A stretch of 64,000 nucleotides of DNA, taken from NCBI GenBank assembly GCA_964409365.1, contig CAYPCX010000002.1, positions 160,984-224,983 of the forward strand, read 5' to 3'. The translations under genes and the position numbers were made by a program. The notes beneath the pieces were generated by a model. It ran no database searches. It worked only from the letters and a program-made list of their open reading frames with translations, and had not been told where the DNA came from. Below are positions 15,001 through 18,038 of this stretch, piece by piece (within the stretch, counting starts at the first letter, position 1; the number at the start of each line of letters is the position of its first letter). This stretch comes from an uncultured Planctomycetia bacterium. Its GTDB lineage: Bacteria > Omnitrophota > Gorgyraeia > Tantalellales > Tantalellaceae.

Positions 15001-17530
15001 ACTTAACGAAAGTCTGGACAGCCTCACGGAGTTCTATAGAAGGTCATTGGAGACGCTCGAGAAGACTTCCGAAGAAGTGGATGAACGCCTACAAAGGACG
15101 CTCTTTTCGGGCCTGGGCATTGTCGAGTTCAAGCAGGGGGAAAGCCTTAGAGCCGAAGGGAAAGATGAAGAGGCCCGGAAAGAGTACAAAAATGCCGTGG
15201 GCCACCTGAAAAAAGGAGACGGCACGCTTTCCTCGCGTTCATATTTGGTCAAATCCCGTGTTCGCTCGGGGAGGGGGCCCGTGAATTCATTCAGGGCCCG
15301 GTGGACGGCTTTCGGCATGTGGAGGGAAGCATCCGCTTCCACCCTCACGAAAGAATCGTTGAAAGAAACGGGGTTCGCGGGAGCCGTTTTTGCCGTTTCC
15401 GCCGCTTTTGCGGTAGGCCTCTTCTCGGGTTTCATGGCCCTGAATTATTTCAGTTTTCCGTGGTGGGCCAGCGTAACGAGCGGCATCCTGGGAGGGATCG
15501 TTCTGGGAAGCGTCAGCATGTTCGTGCCCATGCCGGCGATCGCCGGGAAGCCGCCTAAAAAGGTCGCCGCGTTCGAAACGCTGGAGTTCGATATGGATAA
15601 ATTGAGCGCCGAAGACAGGGGATATTTCAACAGAGATAATGATATTACCGTAGGCGATGACTCGGTCTCCAGGGATGAGGTGACGCCGGAGAAAGTTGAA
15701 AAATTCAGGAAATATGTTAGAGACACCAGAGGGACAGAAAAGATAACGCACGCGGAGACGGGTGTTGTTTTTGAGGTCGATAAGGGTATTACTGACAAAT
15801 TGGGGATCGAGGGGGTTACGGATATCCTGAACACTTCCATGCGGAAGCTGATAGAGACCCATCTGGCAAGGGATGGACTTGAGGGAAGGCCCATATTCGT
15901 CTCCATCCTCGACTCCTCGCCACACCTCTTCGAAGACTGCGTTGAGAACGATTTCATAGGAATAAACAGATATATTATTGACAAGATAGATGAGATAGGC
16001 GCCGAAACGGCGAAAGACCTTCTTATCCTGGGCATAAGCCATGAATTATATCATGAAATAGGGCCCAAACCTGCGCTGGAACCTGCCGCATTGAGGTTCA
16101 GCCAGGATGTATTCAGGGATTTTGCCCCTGCCCGGCAGCAGGAGATCCTGGCACAACTGGGGAAAGTATGTGCGGATAGAAATCTGGCCCGGCTTACTTC
16201 CCGCCTGATGATAGGTATTGTGGATAGAGAAGATCTGAATAAGTTGCGCGAGAAGTATTCGGACCTGGAAAAGTATCCTGGTATGCGGGATATACAATTT
16301 GTGGAAGTTGCTGGAACGAACCTCGATGAAAGGGCCGCATATCTGGAGAGAATGCCGGGATTACCGGCCCGTATTATCGCCGATATGTCCTTGAGTGAAA
16401 TAGAAACCAATATTGGAAATATTACCAAGCAGCTCCGGTTACAGTCCTTCGTGATCATGTCCCCGTACCTGGCGGCTTTAGATGCCGAGGGTATCAGCAG
16501 TTTGAATGACGAAGATCTTAATAGCGCGATGAAGGCGATACGGGAAGCGTTGCCCGCAGAAGTGCCCTTTGATGTGGATAATATCCTGGGATCCCTTTCC
16601 GCGGCGTATGCGCCTGAGGCGGATATGTCCAAGCTTGCGGATAGCGTAAGCGAGAGGCCGGAGATCGAAGACGTCTGGGTACGGGAAAATGTAGGAGCGT
16701 TAAAGGCATACAGCGCTGACAGGAGCAAAGAGAACGCGAACAGGCTGTTGGCTTTACGGGCGAAATTCGGCGAATTTCTGAGCGGGAAGACACTTAAGCA
16801 GATCGGCCGGATCATGGTGAGGGCCCGCAACATTGCCCTGGCCCAGAGCATGGAAGACCAGGGTCTGGGCCTTCTTGGCAAGTTAAGGGGCAGGGAGGTC
16901 GTTCCGGAGGAACGGGTTTCCGGCCAGCAGGCCATAGTGGTAGATACACGCAGAGATTCAAAATTGAACTTGAAAGCGATGCTACCCACACTGGTGGACT
17001 TTGCCCGCAGGGATAACAAGCTGCAGGTATTTGCGATTACAGACGAAGAAGGCGATCTGATGCGGGATATGGCTGAAGTTCTTCCCGGTGTGGAGAAACC
17101 CGATAATCTGAAAGAAGTGCCAGGGTTGACGAGAGAAAACCTCATTGAAAGGCTTAAGGAATTAGGCATACCTATGTCGGCTGTTTCAATAGCTACCGGA
17201 GATTCCGCGTTCATAAAAGATAATGTTATACCTTATGTGAAGGCGGAAGGGGCGAAGAGCGCGAATTTCGTGATAGCCGGAAGACCCGATGATGAGGCGA
17301 CTAACAGGTTCGTTCCGTCAACGATGGTCATGGGTCTTGTCCAGCGTGCCGCGGACGAAAATAATACGCCCAGCATAATAGCGCTGGGTAAGGTCGCGGA
17401 GGCCCTGGAAGGCAGATTAAACGGCCTTTCGCGAGAAAAGCTTATACATTTTACGAGGATAACGAAGATAGATTTCGGCGAGATCAGGCAGCAGATAAAC
17501 GCGATTATCCAAACCGCCATCGCCCTGTAA
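2..17530 (+). CDS. Giant membrane-associated protein, 5'-truncated by the window edge (at least 5,821 aa). TPR-like and coiled-coil rich, with four clusters of TM helices and a C-terminal HExxH-containing module.
   Basis: The reading frame is open from position 2 (no in-frame stop before the tracker's GTG at 65) to TAA at 17528-17530. Composition is Lys/Glu/Arg-rich and helical. TPR-like stretches lie at ~9650-10180 and ~11200-11400. Hydrophobic TM clusters lie at ~3160-3370, ~4170-4340, ~10390-10590 and ~15360-15545. HELYH is at 16040-16054. Codon usage matches the neighbouring giant ORF. Confidence 0.8.
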   Translation, partial: YADADKLKKEIDKLTGELAEYVQKESADPLTGFHDVQRRWVSSNDEIEDRLTGNVRAALSGILVQKLGASEETAETAREVHMAVMEGRYKDARETMMQEGIGEERTVEILQAVIALMEHDYTEAEQALTKQDISESAAKEMVNRSKRARDALRVMTAVRGRRYDEAEYILVERYKIDATTAGSIIDGLKAGQSDAIIELTGVLKTSDVAARAETADEIKSAVREREALELEWKVYTEAAKREKERQNTMVRKNQDKRITIKEQSRIDAMIRSITGDDQKLANYAKNFFYFEASGLVQLALERAGLTWKDCLADRRNELKFLEQLSEVLHGQYGITLEDGFVFENILSDLRKKDLIWMPGIRKTRRDQIEQKDIVTFITEFIVPESRYYDPETLKDYMQAVKSDYFEKERDKKGAARWWHGVKMRAWLGLDFLDRGKGLAKEAAKLSVKKRQAEFTEKKRAAKMEKLAKEMGISVDELVKRYKDALSNAFLDTKGLDRPLTKVLGELTEDLDVESTVPGSGEELKNKLREKAHSEGAFKLLVWVERLDASGKNAEEFYEMAEAEAGKFDRETKTDKETDISAEDVGSTQRAVEERKITRYAHERGEHLRVARTAKRAELPVIELPVKKKEGEEEQAVREEEPPARDTTVELKFQAQEQKARETPEPDKAIVYGKEELGEKELPEVSAKRDDAVKDKRIDAQKKEVEASGEKQEVMDKATEIKVEIDGKEVIVPTVLLEETEGPAAAARAMVAAQARAYEKAHAAGLPVPGPPEESHVVFVGKAAKAFEELDEERQKEAVKEALSCEEVREAPEDLRKYVVVKDLTQVETTSEEGEEVGYHREYGVVAASPETASEMMQVWGEWTKSGREDAAAAAKKFNGLFGKRSGYADVLGGHFFYRSESARTLDEGSVKAWSLIDGEKRDAGFRRYTGQLAVIQQAGAAKLREHARQKERGEAPDRPDWDVVLANPYMRRIVESKDEVKIEFNAEGKVRVGESGWLDEKSFRDEVEKMEKGVKYPGIGAFELKGPDWWERVLNWVRNEGFGSRKWLSAEVIPIGGLTGTALIVTGSILTVLCSWWGIAAILLGVAVGMMLGNVRVSMVSVIGFFILLSKAFWDFGVFVFKDTLWKRGGVRILQSLREARTDEGLLREYYAPEEFSGWEKQDEANRDRSINAFSARIDTEFTVEEKNKLAGCGTSAELYRESAKILERDALHPDCSSARRERLLEQSYRLAMVSHLSDEEDKETLRVLARISGERGDYDNVIKFGEKALGPEREQIGFVGGVFAELRDRVGFIGIPPEAQDIAAVLYEAYTRKGKMRQREKIKKGMTRKALRQGVERVRAIPEEEKEEAGFWKRSYQNSLLTRRITGFFKKYSSWESFKGLLGNRHFQAGMGIFSLISWIAWAFGLKLLTAAAFLLLGKVVLAAACVIAVIDFIVLPFWRWYRAFSMDWATAGYRQEALMILRGEDVRTAVELAEQNQDEADQILDAFDSTLVSGAGRFFFWLAPFFFDEKTVSSILNSAEYYLNHIEDREAGMNRAEKLLRPLQTIGGRAFILRPGNRELRERLDLLEGLVRIRKGETDIVVAGRPLSGVTGEFFDDKGKLKDDINAETLGVLAQAFEAQAREEERETVIGKLEGLRDVFLPKPDEEEVVGGDGKVISEDKKAYVTGRDIRSEEKRKEFDSLNNMVARLRKGEKGEETIKGKEEGSKKATDARAGVEKREEVSVPEAEEEPAKPEIVRSAGELEEERKILEAKYRQAPGDMDTRKELVKVHRDLAKAYAKEEETAWFPRRWWRRLRGIRQWNLEEAVRLAREGDTYIDGGLAAERLIEHGIDHVYGAPWYRRFYEGRLIKDMGLIREALDTVRQKIESREPLSDEEKELMAVAFSNLQKLTAMLLDTRWARDLHHPRAGPIKVLLVEGLSPVLEFFASRAPTEEITAETIDAAKEMKNVVDEKLKEDLSNLRPWWWQRIGLRYGLWSLGRRLGKVQRAIDDAKRDQKVEGIDRTRDIEGFNDEKRKILEVTAKTRLHLLVINASRAKAIEKDPAEAWGFIVRVLGGDIDKCVGECTASGAIYTDHDKFMEMIENKVAEAEKEAGVEVPDIVKAMFLRRFEVAWAEANRRQYSDKQLEDMKKRLVELTTEERKRASKEITGEEERIKRLTKAPLGEIFIAPVPDPDLPDAFKAWLSQRREQFLEKAGNVILNKMLGEVEKLLKKQPEDIGLLALRKDLLRRIYVGTAMEEAKTEERDVVVTDRIEDFIDTCLFIMELSDDPAQREEVRDELRDLLSRMPPGERTKFSDKVQKRIKEARKEAERPDAMKKDIDRYAGFLGAAFYLVDEIPVKREIVQELFELAREKDDPGVLAIAEETGKSLLDLNFTGQPDQLKEFVKFLLLTYPEGDPDRAISVFDFLKGTIKGLRQKAIETARVDLDKVFRFETIRIIGEVLTDEANTGSLISMAPGPLPEKDRYLSSLHNLYISLEKTESDISAEKERLETEPARLQAFEDKVKGLVSVLEECKKRLGKKERTEKGIAVYTPGSIKETLHDTRREIELEARRGYWQALRNDAEASYREGENKAAADDEEGSEKAYEAAIETGKKMIKDGRETGYITGRGGVADDVDKETADMARDVNDRIILSYRGLIRSLERQGKPAEAAEKEFEMRHWAADNNNTLQNVPGDERVAAEKARERMIRMEPDKAELFRDAAKARSSLHEDTYKAARAKGKELDETRKKIDETAKEISASRKKADGIRQDIKQREAEEKTFRDRIKDIRARIAKNLAGGESILQQEPLFQEALKEQFRLEEKREELKKLREQLDEEEKKVEEQRKGKEDLEGTLEKQKLELELIEDRQKAESANMSVPIDFGEERDSFQRSTIDYIRAIELAEKDKQDIADGAAEGLVYLSGTPENTGFILGRVQQSLDSLDERIRDRKKRRLARQRLEKAKIGILQGLLETKEKSGREALMDEMRTVTEETAQVTVTVEGKPFTVTVDSVELLEFLTEEKDYASAELLVSVAGNNRENIPGVIARQKLLQRMHEDTGLAEEVDVGPDGSLFEEFAYATTKDEEEDIEDPFERGGKVNDKKNALARSLGGLFGFKELVDAVRARHAAETPWEKMDEGVQRELVADSLSFAALNSWIDTGGKVTPELKSELAGAEDFAELGSRIDREREAPEELRSELFRQETELAMLKSRVSRRMNVAEEIRAEADRVNLSVEARDRAKALGLYEEAIEAGLDSRSETMVHFQMGDTYERMKSRSNAIESYKKVLEKGGDEDEVLRNRAYRHLIDLYGELDMPLDVLTLHESRARSLHEMAEKAEDLRIKRDALGKALVAVDRALALEPVDGTSLALKARILNSQADLFRDEGRMNRAFRICEEVLFRPDANLAWWSRLYNGIFQRAKMKAVSRTEEAELEARKVRAEIHAMKGNEREAYRDAQRIEDMGEPTVKTHMIAADTVQKPIPGLKFLGMFLKYGWPVILTAVLAFLIPQLGAMGSFLGKLPGWASFLSRWMPWISITVFAGVGEVGSLWARRNKAQLEKAKEHLLRAVEAEPKNAEANDRLFEVMKELKDHEGIEEQCKKEEEVIKDDRTKRDRLDVLKRRRAVALLRRQQDRIRECVDDPEAAGEVKEAIEEARKIVKDTTDTEGVENEIKGLGSMMPMRRPPRTRMVSVMGFWVRRTRDPGEHNTHELQLASLLQALGRQDEARKRMEELVLREDVSENTREEAKKALAEDYKARAAEETEESKAIDMYSEALARDPNNAEALLERGILLSKRTGFEDLARDDIARALEMGQPLEKEKADEGYRFLEGYYFEHGDYESWLDVREKTRVKWEGFEAGRPGIAEAQKVNTEADSMVENIGKWGRARSRIAELERRKERRGEAFEAEYEAEIRSLRGIRNPLEGRGDDLDLVNRLLALAQKFANEGETDKAIDILNAVVEAARGKPLEVRARFVLAGVYEKADRGGELDAEIEDLKKLEDGMSANEKVGLMLMEAARRAKADTGKGIREGFEILREVIRLGLIHNDKIAGEWFAAMDRLINAHRAWQQREDKEETDEYSDRALHTNISYTMTVIGEESQKGPAHRVILSPENVRKMSDIILSDDMPVVSRDVAESLLFEGNELVPDESRVAVFEHLGQRFQKAITEGESFDKDSYRELFSKWRARDRFKDVCGKGLGLIYASKGSSIFAWWYLGRKGLRESGMTAFNDYMRARRYESLIGPWYPNAIVHAVRNYEKALRGGIRQREIHMRLAGLYGRLNNEKKVFEHSEKVRELSETDKEKAAAETELANAYFNRIKGWWFGLRRRRNAIALFDDAEKMLDLTGDRGLDEETAKVVIGKLGSAEKVLKRSYTGDGFLWRKKAWRWVTGSPAPRVPRDVRIRGMYLKGQCYLALNTEEGTREAWEQFDEINKIDGRDERGLMGLRECALRDGMENEAMRYHEQALALGSSLAQEESKDMAAIYKNKADKGKDITVRMPLEQEPVPLTPLDCLERAASLDPEDEELKLVLAEARFENGEVQKSLEVLNALRDKEEPGGFEGLRERTQKAGKDGAVIAVRAQELNDRISGRVAREEERDRITGKYPVKGGVEIYTRTVEQLAEAEGKARDIDVKVREIATARAEIVSKGETVSPEQLDEWRRDVIAFGLPGRITKSDVEKMGTDELLLQLEERKNELARAARVHEQKLSGIDISAVPSVVAKRLLNLAQSVREAGKPHQALVIARSAEKIKGVSPDIGIDIKFTMASCHADLNQFKEAKDIYGDLQKRPDSSGIRARLALMGLEDNKARSGISKLEQDKTITDADRTARIKTVRIERDRAIIKLGEGLPGEFANLAEEEKTKFRENADLNKELIQGFRRFFEVLRGRGGSEDIAAIIEQLSNIASIFNLGTLSQDVNFKENAEIGNFILSELNMILSNESLKSEVDMEAGHFKKLAGALNNMAIYSMNTAVMIALIDFFLNSDGKFKGILFNVLSTQKKAFTQEQSFKVADRLDGRLRDRKETGLNESLDSLTEFYRRSLETLEKTSEEVDERLQRTLFSGLGIVEFKQGESLRAEGKDEEARKEYKNAVGHLKKGDGTLSSRSYLVKSRVRSGRGPVNSFRARWTAFGMWREASASTLTKESLKETGFAGAVFAVSAAFAVGLFSGFMALNYFSFPWWASVTSGILGGIVLGSVSMFVPMPAIAGKPPKKVAAFETLEFDMDKLSAEDRGYFNRDNDITVGDDSVSRDEVTPEKVEKFRKYVRDTRGTEKITHAETGVVFEVDKGITDKLGIEGVTDILNTSMRKLIETHLARDGLEGRPIFVSILDSSPHLFEDCVENDFIGINRYIIDKIDEIGAETAKDLLILGISHELYHEIGPKPALEPAALRFSQDVFRDFAPARQQEILAQLGKVCADRNLARLTSRLMIGIVDREDLNKLREKYSDLEKYPGMRDIQFVEVAGTNLDERAAYLERMPGLPARIIADMSLSEIETNIGNITKQLRLQSFVIMSPYLAALDAEGISSLNDEDLNSAMKAIREALPAEVPFDVDNILGSLSAAYAPEADMSKLADSVSERPEIEDVWVRENVGALKAYSADRSKENANRLLALRAKFGEFLSGKTLKQIGRIMVRARNIALAQSMEDQGLGLLGKLRGREVVPEERVSGQQAIVVDTRRDSKLNLKAMLPTLVDFARRDNKLQVFAITDEEGDLMRDMAEVLPGVEKPDNLKEVPGLTRENLIERLKELGIPMSAVSIATGDSAFIKDNVIPYVKAEGAKSANFVIAGRPDDEATNRFVPSTMVMGLVQRAADENNTPSIIALGKVAEALEGRLNGLSREKLIHFTRITKIDFGEIRQQINAIIQTAIAL

Positions 17531-17546
17531 CACAAAGGAGGTGGCG

Positions 17547-17580
17547 AAGGGGTGGGTACCCCTCGGGGCGCCCACCCCTT
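17547..17580 (+). terminator. GC-rich hairpin (10-bp perfect stem AAGGGGTGGG / CCCACCCCTT) 17 nt after the gene-1 stop; possible terminator or RNA structure
   Basis: The inverted repeat is read directly. It is not followed by a clean T-tract, so intrinsic-terminator status is uncertain. Confidence 0.35.
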
Positions 17581-17670
17581 GAAGTGTACACACCCGAAGT
17601 GTACACACCCGATGTGTAGGCACGGTTAATGATCCAAACCGCCATCGCCCGGCAACACAAGGAGGTGGCG

Positions 17671-17705
17671 AAGGGGGGTGCCCCTATGGAGCACCCCCTT
17701 CTTAT
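17671..17705 (+). terminator. Second GC-rich hairpin (AAGGGGGgTGC / GCACCCCCTT) followed by the T-rich ttcttatat; possible intrinsic terminator
   Basis: The inverted repeat has one bulged G and a T-rich 3' tail. It belongs to the duplicated copy of the gene-1 3'-end module. Confidence 0.4.
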
Positions 17706-17774
17706 ATACACACCCGGTGTATACACCCGATGTGTGAGGATGGTTAAGGTGGAAAATAGTTGGATAATAGGGTA

Positions 17775-17802
17775 TTGACGTATTCTGAAAATGTGGTAAA
17801 AT
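17775..17802 (+). promoter_or_regulatory. Putative sigma70-type promoter P1 with extended -10 (TTGACG, 16-nt spacer, TGgTAAAAT)
   Basis: TTGACG at 17775-17780 and TAAAAT at 17797-17802, with TGG immediately 5' of the -10. It lies in an AT-rich intergenic region upstream of the 18039 ORF. Confidence 0.45.
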
Positions 17803-17810
17803 GAGATATC

Positions 17811-18034
17811 GGTTAGGAAAATAGAAAGCCTAGTTAGATAGAGGTTAGGGTGAAACAGGGTATCAGAAGATTAGGTTTTTTATTTTATCTTTGAAAAGTT
17901 AAGGTACAAAATAGCCAGAAATAACACATTGACTAATGTTAAAAATGTGTTAAAATAGGTTATATGTGGTTAGGCTAAAAAAAAGCCAATAAGGTTAGGT
18001 TAGGGTTAGGTTGAGTAAGTAAAGGCAGGTTAGG
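17811..18034 (+). repeat. Dispersed and tandem GGTTAGG (TTAGGG-like) heptamer repeats in the leader of the 13,091-aa gene
   Basis: GGTTAGG at 17811, 17843, 17968, 17993 and 18028. The tandem run ggttaggttagggttaggtt lies at 17993-18012. Related GATTAGG/AGTTAGA copies occur at 17831 and 17871. Confidence 0.6.
17929..17956 (+). promoter_or_regulatory. Putative sigma70-type promoter P2 with extended -10 (TTGACT, 16-nt spacer, TGtTAAAAT), a near-duplicate of P1
   Basis: TTGACT at 17929-17934 and TAAAAT at 17951-17956. The core aaaatgtgttaaaat is almost identical to aaaatgtggtaaaat in P1. It lies ~85 bp upstream of ATG 18039. Confidence 0.45.
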
Positions 18035-18038
18035 TATT

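Larger units (their letters stand above)
17504..17740 (+). repeat. Diverged tandem duplication (~110 bp per unit) of the 3' end of gene 1 plus its downstream SD-like and hairpin module
   Basis: atccaaaccgccatcgccc-N-aacacaa(a/g)gaggtggcgaagggg + hairpin + GTGTA(c)ACACCC palindromes + gatgtgt(a/g)agg occurs at 17510-17620 (overlapping the stop codon) and again at 17632-17740. Confidence 0.6.

Noticed and set aside
17581-17610. 15-bp direct repeat gaagtgtacacaccc x2, considered as a possible CRISPR-like or iteron array
   Set aside because: Only two adjacent copies are present, with no spacers. It is better explained as a pair of GTGTACAC palindromic operator-like sites within the duplicated terminator module.
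17993-18012. TTAGGG/GGTTAG telomere-like tandem repeat, considered as possible eukaryotic telomeric sequence or contamination
   Set aside because: Only about three tandem units are present. They are embedded in a bacterial-style intergenic region with sigma70-like promoters and flanked by continuous bacterial-type giant ORFs. It is retained only as a local regulatory repeat candidate.
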